Notes: generated by a model not told the origin, from the sequence alone. A stretch of DNA of 63,974 nt, filler included, from Globobulimina sp. (GCA_003354225.1; 34 parts of 34 records of this genome joined end to end with filler, not necessarily neighbours in it), one strand, 5' to 3'; positions 25,397-37,606 are shown, counted from the whole stretch's first letter. Program-made: numbers and translations.

Positions 25397-25886
25397 ATCG
25401 AGGGGAGCTATGCAGCCCCCATTCTGAACCCCCGCGAGATGTCCGAATTTCTTGAATAAACCATCATCGATAAAAACTAGTCAAAGTATAGAAAAAAAGC
25501 TTTTGTATTCATCAGAAACAATCCTGTGAGCATCAGATTATTTTGACTTATTTGTATTCATCAAAAACAATCCTCTGAGCATCACTTTTAATTTTATGTG
25601 TATTAAACAATGAAAAATTTATTTAACAATGAAAAATGGAGCCATTTGAATTAATATTTATAAATGACATTTTACATATAATTCCTTTTAATATCATCCA
25701 TTTTATAATAAATACATGGATAGAATTCCCATTCTTATTATAATTGCATATTCTTACAACCACTCGCTATAACTCGATATCCATCAAATAATATATTACA
25801 TTTTATAAATATCAAACAATTTGCAATGGATACTGAATATTTTGATTTAAAATTTGAATGTAATCGATATGTATACATTAATTTTT
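25397..25886 (-). repeat. Dispersed repeat of about 490 bp, copy A (non-autonomous element)
   Basis: Reverse-complement match to 41475-41907; identical GC-rich end; internal duplication of about 35 nt. Confidence 0.9.
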
Positions 25887-26397
25887 AATGTTTTGTTTTG
25901 TTGCAACTGATTTGTTATAGAATTAATTGTGCCCGGCCCGCAACTCTCAGAGATACTATACATATTTTTGTTTTATGTTTGTTTGTGCGTATTTTTTGGT
26001 TGGTTTGTGGTTATGTTATGTTTGTTTTGTGTTTATTTTTTGAATTATATACTTTTTTTGGCGATTTGCGTGGATCTATTGTTTTGTGCATATTTTCTCG
26101 TTTGATTTTTTTTGTGTTTCTATTTTATTGTGATTATTTTATGTATTCTGTAATTTACGGTGGAGGGGAGGGAGGAGGCACCTAATTGTGTTTGATATAA
26201 AATAATAAAATACAACTTAATTTTTTTATGCGAATTTGCGCAGATTTAAACAAATTATATTAAAAAACGCCAGCAGTAAAATGGTTATTCTATCAAANNN
26301 NNNNNNNNNNNNNNNNNNNNNNNNNNNNNNNNNNNNNNNNNTTAATTAATTAANNNNNNNNNNNNNNNNNNNNNNNNNNNNNNNNNNNNNNNNNNNN

Positions 26398-26674
26398 ATA
26401 ATACAGCAATAATGGCCAATTGAAGAGCGCCTAGTGGTGATATAATAGATTGAGCTGCAAAACTGAGCGCCAGGCCGCCCATCACATCGCCAATGCTGTA
26501 AATAATAATCCCAAGCCACCATATCCATTTAGAAAGTACAGATTTTTGGAAGGTCTTTGCAACATTTTCATTCTCTTTGTTGATTCGATTATGCATTGTT
26601 TTTTGGGCAATAAAGCCAAAGGATTGTATTATATCGCCACCTACGCTTAATCCTACACCAATTAGAGTGTTCAT
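26398..26674 (-). CDS. NIPA-family Mg2+ transporter, N-terminal fragment
   Basis: IGVGLSVGGDIIQSFGFIAQK...WIWWLGII...ALSFAAQSIISPLGAL. Confidence 0.85.
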
Positions 26675-26983
26675 TGTCGATTTGTCGTATAACGTAGCAT
26701 CTCGAAAAGCAGCATTGACATTGGCAAGCGTCAGGGTTTTTTTTTTATCAAACTTTGATTCATTTATATACGTTCACACTGCAGTGACAACTATTGGGCT
26801 ATATAATTTATTTGGGTCATATTAAAATTTGCTTTCTATTAAAATTCATGGGACAACGTCATATGCATGTCCTCAGCAACAATCCTTGCGTTGATAAACA
26901 TCCTCCATATTTGAACAGAAAATATTCCGTTTGGGATTACTGTGAGTGTCTTACTTTTCGATGTATTAAACTGATGCAGTGCG

Positions 26984-28182
26984 TTGCAAAGCGAGCAACT
27001 AACGGCCCGGAAGGAAGCAACTAATATATCTTCCGAGTTTTCTACAACAACACTTCAGCTCAAAAGGTTAATGCGTGGCGTTTGTCGTTTGAATCAAAGA
27101 GCCTTACAAGGTGAGCCAGTTGATAGCGATGAAGATGAAGATGACATATACGACACAACAACCCCAAGACTGTTATCTAAGCAACAAATTCTACGTCCAA
27201 CAAATTCTACGTCTTTTGAGGACGATACTGATTCAGAGAACAAAACTAATCAATTGGTAGTCAAACCAGCCACCCCTAGGCCTATATATTGTGACTATTT
27301 TGTTGTTCATTCTTCAGACACAAAATTATTAATTCGCGTACACGGAGCAACAGCAAATATTATACACAACATATTAAAGAGTGGAGACTTTAGACGCAAT
27401 GTGTTTGTTGGTGCAACCATAAAAAATGGCACATCTGAATTAAATCAATTAGAAAATAAGAAATTATATAAATTCTTTGATGTCTATGATAATGATTATA
27501 CGCAACAAATACCGAAAGACTGCTGTTTACTGAGAATAAATAATATTTTAGTTTATAACTCGTCATTTGATGACATCTCTGACATATTCTGTCACACAAA
27601 AATAAAAACACTCCAGTTCCAAAAACCGCATATTAGGCCATCCCGCATCATTCGATGCAAGCATACATACAATTTATTGTCCAAAGTGATTAGACATAAA
27701 ATATTATTCCAAAAATGGTTTGAATATGTCATCTTATTATCGATTATTGCCAATACGGTCTGTTTAGCTCTGGTCAATCCACTAAAATCCGAACATAATG
27801 ATCCAATCCAAAACTTCATAGAAAACGCAGAATATGCATTTTTCGGAATATTTTTGGTTGAAATGCTTTTGAAAATGGTTGGTTTAGGGCTTTACGGCAA
27901 CGTCTATGATCCATATCTGAGGAAAAGAGAAGTAAACAACCTCAAAAACAAAAAAAAATGGAGAAAATGCCAGGCAAATTGCATCCGCAAATGCAGAAAA
28001 TGTTGGAATAAAATGTATACAAAATGTGCCGTCAAAGGGTTACTGGGAAAAAGCAGACGCATTCAAGTAAAAAGAGATATGATCAGAAACAAATTATACT
28101 CTGTGGATCTGGATATTTCTGTATCTTACACAGCCGTCACAGCACAGGAGAACCAGAGCAATTTTATGCCAGCAAATAAAAA
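26984..28182 (+). CDS. Voltage-gated cation channel (Cav/Nav-like), N-terminal fragment including S1-S2
   Basis: KWFEYVILLSIIANTVCLAL and ENAEYAFFGIFLVEMLLKMVGLG; true start probably upstream. Confidence 0.8.
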
Positions 28183-28285
28183 NNNNNNNNNNNNNNNNNN
28201 NNNNNNNNNNNNNNNNNNNNNNNNNNTTAATTAATTAANNNNNNNNNNNNNNNNNNNNNNNNNNNNNNNNNNNNNNNNNNNNACT

Positions 28286-30067
28286 ATGCCTGCGGTTTTG
28301 CAAAATTATGTGTTTGTCGATAATGCGACGGATTGGTTTTCAGCGCAGGCACATTGTCGAAGTGTGTATGGCTCCAATTTGGCAACGATTATAGAGGCAG
28401 TGGACATAGATAACATTAATATGCATAGCAATGCGTCGGTTAACAGATGGATTGGACTGAATAATTATTATCAAAGTGCATGGCAATGGGTTGACGGCAC
28501 AGCATGGTATGTACAATAATGTGCGTGTTGATAGTGGTTGATATTTGAGACGATGTATACAGTGATTACGTAATTGCGAATAGCACCGCCATGTGCACCG
28601 ATGATGGGAACTGGGCCACGAACCAACCAAACGATACGAATAAAACATGTGGCGTAATGACAGCGGGTCAAAATGGATTGTACTCAAATGTTAATTGTAA
28701 CGAAACCTATCCATTTTTGTGTCAATTGACAAAGCGCATTGAATATATTTGTGTGCGTGACACCGATTCGTTGTTGAAGAGAGTATTTAAATCAATTGGA
28801 TATGATGAATATGTATCAAATGGAAGTGTTGTGGGTGAGGGCGTATTGACATTATCGATATTGAATAATTATTGGCGTTTAAGTGACGAACATCAAAACA
28901 CCATTGGCCAATGCCACATAAATGGAACAGAATTTATATTACCCACAGAATGCCTGAGTTGGCAATGGCTCTCTGTTACTAATTCCTCCTCAAAACCAAA
29001 TCCATTTATAAACGCAACATACTCTGATTGTGCATGTTAAGTATTCTGTTTTTATCCGAATAAGTCGTTAATTATTTGGTTCACAGTTAGTGGCATATGT
29101 ATTGGCAAAGAATTGCTGGCAGATCCAAGCGAATATGTTGCATCCGGTTTGGATGTTATATTCCGACAATATGAATTTAACTATTTTGATATGGCACGGA
29201 ATGGCCCAGTTTATTACAGTCCAGCTAATGATTTATATATTTATCCCATCACTGATAACAGCTCGGGAGTGTTTGTTGCAAACTATACAATTTCCAATGC
29301 GCCACAACCGGACTTACAAAGTGTTTACGCATTCTGTACCATGGACAATATGGCAACATATGATGATATATCCACCTGTGAAGATTGGGGAAGATCTGGC
29401 ACACATTTCAGAAGTATAAAGGCCACAAATTGTATCCCGACACCATTTCCAACTGCAGCACCAACGTTAACTCCGCAAGCGAATTACTTGCGATTGTATT
29501 GTTATTATCCGTCAGACGATCCATCCCAACAAACTTCATTCAATCTAACTCGATTTGTAAACGCATTTAGAAATATAACGTTGACTGCAATCAATGTTGG
29601 CTTTGCGTCGCAGCCTTTTAAATACATCACAGGCTTAGAGATCTGTGATGTATTCGTTAATTATTCCAATCCTCAGCAGATTGTATCCACATTGAATGGT
29701 AACTGTCCATTTGTTTTACCTCCAAATAGTGCTCCACCACCAGGGCCTTTTTATGCTGCTGCTAATTTCAAGATATATGCCAGTGATCCAGCCACTTTTG
29801 GAAATGAGGTAATTTATGGATTTAATGCAGATGATTTCCGGATCCCATTCGTTCAGGAATTGTATGCTTTGGTTGCTACTAATTTAGGTCTTGAAGAGTT
29901 CAGGGATGCAGTCGAAATATATGTATTCAATCTAAATGCCTCAGAATCGCCAACAACTGCACCCACTGTAATACCCACACAATCGCCGTCTACTCCATTC
30001 AGCACAACACCTCTTATATTTAAATGTTTATATAATTTGCAGAATTTTGACGCATGGAAAACGATAA
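28286..30067 (+). CDS. C-type lectin-domain surface protein (2 introns), partial
   Basis: WFSAQAHCRSVYGSNLATI, WIGLN, WQWVDGT, NWATNQPND...C...NCNETYPFLC; PT-rich linkers. Confidence 0.85.
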
Positions 30068-30320
30068 NNNNNNNNNNNNNNNNNNNNNNNNNNNNNNNNN
30101 NNNNNNNNNNNTTAATTAATTAANNNNNNNNNNNNNNNNNNNNNNNNNNNNNNNNNNNNNNNNNNNNCGAAGGTATTTGATGTTATCTTTTCGGTTAACA
30201 AAAATATGAAAAATCCCACTGTACATATTAATTGAATGGATTATTAAATCACAAACAAAAAAACAAAGTAAGAAAAGAATTTGCCCCCACACACACAAAA
30301 CAAACTAAATAAAAATAAAA

Positions 30321-31276
30321 TTAATTACCATCCTCATCTTCAACAGAGGTCCAAAGTACTAAATTATCTCTTAATAATTGCATAATAAGCGTCGAATCTC
30401 TATAAGTTGCATCACACAAAGAATTTAATTTTTCTATTGCATCATCAAATGATTTCTTAGCTAAATCGCAAGCTTTTTCATGCTCGTTTAATATTTCATA
30501 ATAACAGACACTAAAATTAAGCGCCAAACCTAATCGCGTTGGATGTGTCTCATTTAAATTTGCTTCAGCAATGACCATGGCTTTTGAATAAAATTCTTTC
30601 GCGCTCTCTTTATATTTATCATCAGCTCGAAATTCGCTTAAATATCGATAATAATCACCACACATTTTCAAATAAAATACTTCAGTTTCATCGTTATTTC
30701 CTTCTACATTTTTACATAAATATCGGGTTGATAATTCTAAAACTTCCTGGCATATTTCTTCTAATTCATCTTCAACCAATGTCTTATATTTATTTAATAG
30801 CACTTCATCCGCCTCCAAACCCGTCGATAATGTACGCCTAAAAAGGTAAAAATAAATATTTATAAGTGCGAAAGTGCGTATATATACATATTTGTAAGTG
30901 ATAAAAATAATTATTTATACCATGCTGCTCGTTTTGAGCCCGCAACATTTTTATATGCCACAGATAATAAATTTCGTTCTTCAACATCCAAATCTTCTCT
31001 TTTGGCTGATTTTAATTCGACCAATGTTTTCACGAATTTACACACTGAAATTTGGATATATTAAAGATAGATTTGTATGTTTAAAATTTGCAGCGACTTA
31101 ACTGTCTTCATATTGCTCTGTTGTCTCTGCAACGCGAACTAATGTAACCAATGTTTTGATATCTAAGCCACTGCATTTTGTTTTGTTTTTTTCATGGTAG
31201 ATAAAGTGTGCATATATTGTTATATAACATACGTTGCTAAATTGCTAATGTCATTGGAGGCTGATGTAAGCATCAT
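30321..31276 (-). CDS. 14-3-3 protein (3 introns)
   Basis: [66 protein letters not shown]. Confidence 0.97.
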
Positions 31277-31380
31277 TGATAAATATGAGTTATATTTTGG
31301 TTCTAGAATTGATTATGTTAAAGGAATGTAGTGTTTTTTTGAGTTTTTGTTTAAAAAATTTTGTGAGCTGGTAATCAAAA

Positions 31381-31938
31381 ATGAAGAAATCATTAAGCAG
31401 AGTCATTCCATTGTTATATTCAACTCTAAACTATATCATTCGAAAGAATATCGTTTTTTCTGGTCGGCATTTCGCCGGTAAAACATCTGCTATTCGTGAT
31501 TCAATAAAATCAAAATATTCGCAACAAAAAATGCAAAAAGAGAAATCGACATACACTTACAAAACAAGAACAAGCATTCGGGATCCTTCTGGCTATCAAC
31601 ATGTTAAGCTTCGACTGAGGAAATGCAAGGATGTTGATGAAGTGATGAAGGTTATGTTTGAAAATGAGAAATGTGAAGATGTCCAGGTTGGAACGGCTGC
31701 CATTAAAACCGTTAAACTGTTTCATGAAAATAAGAAAGTATCAAGATTTGCTGCAATGAAACAAATTGATACAATTTGGGGTATAATGAATGAATATGTG
31801 GTTGGAATGAATGTTGTAGCGTATAATGAATATTTTCATGCATGCGAGAAAATTCAATTCAATAATAAATGCAGGAATAAATTTGATAACATGATTAACC
31901 CTTTACACACGACCATCCTACAAAATTCTAATGGCTAA
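31381..31938 (+). CDS. Possible mitochondrion-targeted PPR-like protein, N-terminal part
   Basis: Basic transit-peptide-like N-terminus; NVVAYNEYFHAC PPR-like helix. Confidence 0.45.
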   Translation: MKKSLSRVIPLLYSTLNYIIRKNIVFSGRHFAGKTSAIRDSIKSKYSQQKMQKEKSTYTYKTRTSIRDPSGYQHVKLRLRKCKDVDEVMKVMFENEKCEDVQVGTAAIKTVKLFHENKKVSRFAAMKQIDTIWGIMNEYVVGMNVVAYNEYFHACEKIQFNNKCRNKFDNMINPLHTTILQNSNG

Positions 31939-32095
31939 CATAATTATACCTTNNNNNNNNNNNNNNNNNNNNNNNNNNNNNNNNNNNNNNNNNNNNTTAA
32001 TTAATTAANNNNNNNNNNNNNNNNNNNNNNNNNNNNNNNNNNNNNNNNNNNNTTGATAACTTGAGTACTGTTCCATTCATCAACAGCATGTGGTG

Positions 32096-33391
32096 ATGTT
32101 CAACATCAAACATTTTTTTGGTATATTTGCAACATCTGCAATATTGAGTCTGATATGTTATCAATATTATTCGTTTCTGAATAGTACGCCATGGAACAAC
32201 AGCCCAAATGTTTCAGTGCCAATCAATACAAATGTTTCGGTATCAATCAATAAAATTTTTAAAGAATATTTAAATCCAATATGTATTGATATAGATGGCA
32301 ATAATAAGCGTCTTCCAATGGATTGTATGAATTTGTTAAATCAAATGATTAATATTTCAAACAAATTAAATTTATCTCTGGAAGAAATTAAGAGCTTAAG
32401 TCAACGAATTGAATATTTATCAGAGACATTAATTAATAATCATCAACCAATCGAACCATTATTTTTTATTCATATTCCGAAATCAGGTGGTACTTCGTTG
32501 GGAAATTGGTTATATAAATACAGTGAAAGGGCATCACGACATATGTGGGTCCCGGCTGGTTTATACGATCATATGTTCACAAACGAATTCCATCAAACTA
32601 TATTAGTCAAAAAATCAAAGCTAATTAACAGGAGAAAGAAAAGACAAAAAGAACCAAAAATACCCAAATTATTGTGGGGACATTTGCCGTATGGATTTGA
32701 CATTTTATATCTAACAGAGAATCAAACCACTAATTTTAATGAGATTATATGGAAAACGCAAGTTAATTTCACATATGTTACAATATTGCGAGAGCCAATC
32801 AGTAGAGTCATATCACAGTATTATTATGAATCTGGTATCAAAAATCCTCATCATTGGGCACAAATTGTTGTAAATCATTCATTTTATGATTGGATTGGAT
32901 TTTTTGAAGAAACAAAAAATTTGCAAAAACAATTTTTATGTGGATGTCACAACGCAGCATGGTATAACAGAAAATATTTGAAATTAAAAGAACAAAATTT
33001 AGATCCATGGCCGGAAAGAGACCCAAATGATCATGCAAACATTTATAAAAATATCAATATCACAAAACAACAATTTAAAATTGCAGTAAATCACTTAATT
33101 ATGATGGGATGGATTGGTTTATTTGAACAGATGGATGAAAGTGTGCAACAATTGAAAAAACTGTGGAATTTATCAACAAGAAACCCGATACTTAAGCAAA
33201 ATATTGGTTTAATTAAGAAAAAGCAAAAAAATAATGTATCAATAGACATTATCTCTAAAATTAAAGAATTTAACAAATATGACATGGATTTGTATGCCTT
33301 GGGTAATGTTTTATTTTTGCAACAACAAATTGTTTTAAAATATGTTGGAGATAATCCATTTCGATCACAGAACAGATTGTCAATCACATAA
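32096..33391 (+). CDS. Golgi type II sulfotransferase
   Basis: N-terminal TM; FFIHIPKSGGTS (5'-PSB) and TILREPISRVISQYYY (3'-PB); NKYDMDLY. Confidence 0.9.
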   Translation: MFNIKHFFGIFATSAILSLICYQYYSFLNSTPWNNSPNVSVPINTNVSVSINKIFKEYLNPICIDIDGNNKRLPMDCMNLLNQMINISNKLNLSLEEIKSLSQRIEYLSETLINNHQPIEPLFFIHIPKSGGTSLGNWLYKYSERASRHMWVPAGLYDHMFTNEFHQTILVKKSKLINRRKKRQKEPKIPKLLWGHLPYGFDILYLTENQTTNFNEIIWKTQVNFTYVTILREPISRVISQYYYESGIKNPHHWAQIVVNHSFYDWIGFFEETKNLQKQFLCGCHNAAWYNRKYLKLKEQNLDPWPERDPNDHANIYKNINITKQQFKIAVNHLIMMGWIGLFEQMDESVQQLKKLWNLSTRNPILKQNIGLIKKKQKNNVSIDIISKIKEFNKYDMDLYALGNVLFLQQQIVLKYVGDNPFRSQNRLSIT

Positions 33392-33490
33392 ATACTTGTA
33401 GGTGTATAACGGATATATATATGTAGACAGTGCTATAAAATAAATATATCTCAAAAAACTCTTGTGTTTACTTTGTCTTTTGCACACCTC

Positions 33491-33837
33491 ATGGCAGACA
33501 ATAAAATGGACATTGACACTGAACAAAAAAATGATTCAAACAATACGTTGGATGAAAATGTCAAATCTCATAAAATGGATTTGCAATCACGTTCTATGGC
33601 AGCAGTGGGTGTAGAAACAATGAAAAAACTCTGTATGTTGTAATTAATCTCAATGCGTAGTTTTGCCACACATCAACATCACATCAATGTACTCTTCAGC
33701 ACAATTAAGTGTATTAATCATTGGAGCAAAAGGGGTTGGAATTGAAACAGCAAAAAATTTAATTTTAACAGGTGTACATTCAGTCACATTGTATGACAAT
33801 GATATCGTTAAAATAGCAGATTTAGGATCAAATTTTT
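33491..33837 (+). CDS. UBA1: Ubiquitin-activating enzyme E1, N-terminal fragment (one intron)
   Basis: QSRSMAAVGVETMKKL | SVLIIGAKGVGIETAKNLILTGVHSVTLYD...DLGSNF. Confidence 0.85.
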
Positions 33838-33964
33838 NNNNNNNNNNNNNNNNNNNNNNNNNNNNNNNNNNNNNNNNNNNNTTAATTAATTAANNNNNNN
33901 NNNNNNNNNNNNNNNNNNNNNNNNNNNNNNNNNNNNNTATTACGTGAAATATTATTATTATTAT

Positions 33965-34216
33965 CTACATTTTATTAGTCCCCTTTTTGATTGCGAGAAA
34001 AAATATAAATGATAGTACTAATGAAAATGTAGAAAATTCTAAAAATAACTTATTATCTGAATATTGGCTGTAAAAATAATTAAAAAATGTGGCCTTTATT
34101 TCTAATAATTTGCTAATAATTTTATTTGATGAACCCCCGTTGCTTGTTTGTTCTTCGGCTACGATTTCTGGTGTTTCTTCGGTTATAAGTTCTGACGTTT
34201 CTTCGATAGATGACAT
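33965..34216 (-). CDS. Small acidic protein with C-terminal TM (virus-like contig)
   Basis: Intronless 83-aa ORF in a tightly packed co-oriented cluster. Confidence 0.55.
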   Translation of the reverse strand: MSSIEETSELITEETPEIVAEEQTSNGGSSNKIISKLLEIKATFFNYFYSQYSDNKLFLEFSTFSLVLSFIFFLAIKKGTNKM

Positions 34217-34253
34217 ATTAAGTTTTTATATACTTATACATATATTATATTTT

Positions 34254-34649
34254 TTATAATTGTGCGCTTTCAACTTCTGTGTTATCACCAACACCAACTA
34301 AATCAATACTGCTATTTCTGGGGCTATTATTAACTGGTAATATATTATTTTCTTGTTTAACAAAAGTAATTTCTTTATCTGCCTCAGTGAGTTGATTGTC
34401 AACCTGTAAGTCACCAAATCCGGTTATTTGCGCAACAGCAGTTTCTATTTTTGTAATAATTCCTCCGTTTAAGTATTGTGATTCAATTTCACTTTCATTA
34501 TTTTTAGAAATAACACGCTCATCATCATTAATTTTTGGTAAATTATTTAATGCGCATAAGTTACAGTGAAAAAAATAGCATAATGCAATAATTATTGCTA
34601 AAAATATTAATAGGACTGCGATCATTTTATGTTTATATATAGTAAACAT
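34254..34649 (-). CDS. Small membrane-anchored protein (virus-like contig)
   Basis: N-terminal TM MIAVLLIFLAIIIALCYFF; intronless. Confidence 0.55.
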   Translation of the reverse strand: MFTIYKHKMIAVLLIFLAIIIALCYFFHCNLCALNNLPKINDDERVISKNNESEIESQYLNGGIITKIETAVAQITGFGDLQVDNQLTEADKEITFVKQENNILPVNNSPRNSSIDLVGVGDNTEVESAQL

Positions 34650-34666
34650 AAAATAAAAATATTAAT

Positions 34667-34870
34667 TTATACGATTTCTATTAGTTCTTTAACAATCAAA
34701 TTATAGAAGATATTACCTAAAATAATATAAAACAAAAACTTCCCTGAATTAAACTTGTCAGATGGTTCTAATAAAATTAAAAATATGAGAGATGAAACAA
34801 TCATTAAGTATTGATTAATCATTGATTTATATTCATCTTTAATATCTAACTGTAATTGTAGTAATGCCAT
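34667..34870 (-). CDS. Small two-TM protein resembling conserved giant-virus hypothetical proteins
   Basis: DEYKSMIN...FLFYIILGNIFYNLIVKELI; family assignment from recall. Confidence 0.55.
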   Translation of the reverse strand: MALLQLQLDIKDEYKSMINQYLMIVSSLIFLILLEPSDKFNSGKFLFYIILGNIFYNLIVKELIEIV

Positions 34871-34904
34871 AGTTATATATTATTAAAACAGAATATTTTT
34901 TATT

Positions 34905-35516
34905 TTATTTCCTATGAAAAACAATCTTTTTAACCTTTAGCGTAATACCGTATTTTCCATTTAAAAACCATACGTTTGAGACAAGGATTTTTGCGCGTGC
35001 ATAACATTTATTATATAATAATTGTTCGATATCATTTGTATTTATGATACGCTTAAAATCATCGCCATCTTTTAGTACAATTTCGCTGTAAAAATTATTG
35101 CTATTATCATAGCTTAACTTCAAATTAATGTACGGCGGAAACTTTTTCCGAAAGCTTAATAGACTATCGCTTTTGCATTGTTTAATATTGCTTATTGGGG
35201 TTTCAATATCAGTTATGTTTAGTTCGTTTAACCAAATATCATTTTCATAAAAATTCCCATCAACCCATGTTTCGAGATTATTTATGTAATTAAATATGTT
35301 TTTCTCATTAATATTATCTAGGTTTAATGAAAGGTTAACAGAATATCTATCAACCCCGTTTAGTTTGTATTTTGTTATACCGATTGGGCATGTCACCTTT
35401 GGCAAATTAATAAAAACTTTATTGCGACCATTAAGAGATAAAATTGATTTATTGCATTTAGCATTTTCTATTTTTGAAAAGTGAATATCTATTACTGAGT
35501 TTGTAGGCATAAACAT
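34905..35516 (-). CDS. Putative Nucleocytoviricota-type OB-fold ssDNA-binding protein
   Basis: FINLPKVTCPIGI, YSVNLSL, FPPYINLKL, VWFLNGKYGITLKV match the recalled pattern of the giant-virus SSB (DUF2738-like) family. Confidence 0.7.
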   Translation of the reverse strand: MFMPTNSVIDIHFSKIENAKCNKSILSLNGRNKVFINLPKVTCPIGITKYKLNGVDRYSVNLSLNLDNINEKNIFNYINNLETWVDGNFYENDIWLNELNITDIETPISNIKQCKSDSLLSFRKKFPPYINLKLSYDNSNNFYSEIVLKDGDDFKRIINTNDIEQLLYNKCYARAKILVSNVWFLNGKYGITLKVKKIVFHRK

Positions 35517-35569
35517 TTTATTATTCTATTATTATATCTTTTAATATATTTCTGTATTTAATTTGTTTT

Positions 35570-35722
35570 TTATTTCGATGAGATATTATCCAAGAAATCG
35601 GTTAAATCCTCGATGGTTCTGCCTCCTCGATACTCCTCAATAAGTTTTCCATCTGATACATAAACAATTGTTGGAAATGAACTAATTTTAATGAATAAGG
35701 AAATAAGAAACATGAAAAATAT
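35570..35722 (-). CDS. Thioredoxin-like protein, C-terminal fragment
   Basis: KISSFPTIVYVSDGKLIEEYRGGRTIEDLTDFL*. Confidence 0.75.
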   Translation of the reverse strand: MFFMFLISLFIKISSFPTIVYVSDGKLIEEYRGGRTIEDLTDFLDNISSK

Positions 35723-35824
35723 NNNNNNNNNNNNNNNNNNNNNNNNNNNNNNNNNNNNNNNNNNNNTTAATTAATTAANNNNNNNNNNNNNNNNNNNNNN
35801 NNNNNNNNNNNNNNNNNNNNNNCG

Positions 35825-36724
35825 TTGCCGATTGCAATATTTATTTCCCTCATATTGTATTTTTCATTCAAAGCAAACTGGATATCATTAATCATTACAT
35901 TTATTATATATTTGTTTCTAGAAACACATCCAGTGTCGTTATGGAGAGAATGTCTGCAACACTCATACTATTATGTGCAGTATAACTATTTTTCATATCG
36001 CTTTGTGTATCATTCATCAACAAAGGATTATGTCACACATCAACTGTTTGGCACAGAGGGTTATAAATCATTGTTAGTGGTATCTATTCCACACGGAATC
36101 CTGCCATGTGCCACCATTTTGGCACCGCCAATCGCTAAAGATGTACTAAACAAACCTATAACATCTGCAATGGCCGATATATTATATTATTTACCCATAA
36201 TAAGGACAATATTTCTATGGTTTGGTGCAATTTCTGCATCCAAAAAATCAATAATTAATGCACTGTCAAAGGGATATAATGTCGGTCTTGTTCCTGATGG
36301 AATTGCTGGAATGTTTACAAATTCAGACAAATCTGAAAATATTTTATTAAAGAACCGCAAAGGTGTCGCCAAGTTATCTCTGCAAACAGGCGTTTCTGTG
36401 GTGCCCGCCTATGGCTTCGGAAATACTGATTTGTTCGACAGCTATTTTGATAGTTATGGTATCATGGAAACTTTGTCGAGGAAATTGAAAATGTCAATCA
36501 TTGCATTTGCTGGAAGGTTTTATAGTTTATCTCCGAAGAGAATACCATTGTATTTTGTGATGGGCGCAGTGATGGACCATCCAAGCAATGGAATACCGAT
36601 AAGCCAACCGACACAGCAACAAATTGATGACTATCATGAATTGATTCTTGCCGCTTTCAAGACATTGTTTGATTCTCACAAAGGATTCTATGGCTGGCAG
36701 CATAAAAAGATAAACTTCATATGA
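35825..36724 (+). CDS. DGAT2/MOGAT-family acyltransferase (5' truncated)
   Basis: IPHGILP, LVPDGIAGM, LKNRKGVAKLSLQTG, VVPAYGFG. Confidence 0.9.
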   Translation: MPIAIFISLILYFSFKANWISLIITFIIYLFLETHPVSLWRECLQHSYYYVQYNYFSYRFVYHSSTKDYVTHQLFGTEGYKSLLVVSIPHGILPCATILAPPIAKDVLNKPITSAMADILYYLPIIRTIFLWFGAISASKKSIINALSKGYNVGLVPDGIAGMFTNSDKSENILLKNRKGVAKLSLQTGVSVVPAYGFGNTDLFDSYFDSYGIMETLSRKLKMSIIAFAGRFYSLSPKRIPLYFVMGAVMDHPSNGIPISQPTQQQIDDYHELILAAFKTLFDSHKGFYGWQHKKINFI

Positions 36725-36870
36725 TCGATAACTAGAATACATTCGTAACAGTTGCAGAATAGTACAAAATTGAGTTTTTTTAAGTTTAGTTGAAAGTTTA
36801 ATTCAATTTATAATTCATGCATTTTTTCTTATAAATTTACACTTCAATAATTATCAAGTTTATGTCAATA

Positions 36871-37606
36871 TTATTTTACACCTCTTTTCCCCTTATCACA
36901 TTTGTACAATTTAGCCACAAAAAAGCCATCCAAGTTATGAATATGTGGATAATATCTCCGTGTCTTATTCATATCCTTTGCAAACCTCAAATGTTTGAAT
37001 TTGCTAAAGCCATTCTCGCCAAATGGCAATCCAGTTTCCACCACCTTAACATACCGCTTATTGCAGGCATGATCGACCACCAATTCATTTTCATACGGAC
37101 TTATCGAACATGTCGAATACACCACATATCCACCAACCTGACAACAATCGATCGCAGTCAATATCAACTCCTGTTGCAACGTGCTCATCTTGGTAACATC
37201 CTGGAATTTCTTACTAAATTTGATCGATGGATCGCGTGAAATAATGCCCAAACAAGAACACGGCGCGTCCAACAACACGCGATCGAACCTGTGATCAAAG
37301 TAATTGTGTAATTGCCTCCCATCCATATTACAAATCACTACATTTTTGAATCCCATCCTATGGATATTACCGTACACTGCTTTCAACCGTTCGCCATTCA
37401 CATCATTTGCGACCACCACACTGCTTTTCGCATCACGCAATATCTGCGCAATGTGCGTGGTTTTGCCACCCGGAGCACTGCACATATCCAACACTTTCAT
37501 GCCACCTTTCAAGCCCAACGCCAATGTGGGCAACAACGACGCTGTAGATTGGATCATGTAATATCCACTCAAATATTCCGGCGTAGCGACAATCGGAATG
37601 TTATGA
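36871..37606 (-). CDS. NOP2: 25S rRNA m5C methyltransferase, C-terminal part
   Basis: ATPEYLSGYYMIQ, LDMCSAPGGKT, FDRVLLDAPCS, VYSTCSI, RYYPHIHNLDGFFVAKL. Confidence 0.93.

Noticed and set aside
33491..36724. Viral genes integrated between host UBA1 and DGAT2
   Set aside because: The adjacency is produced by contig concatenation; no real junction is visible
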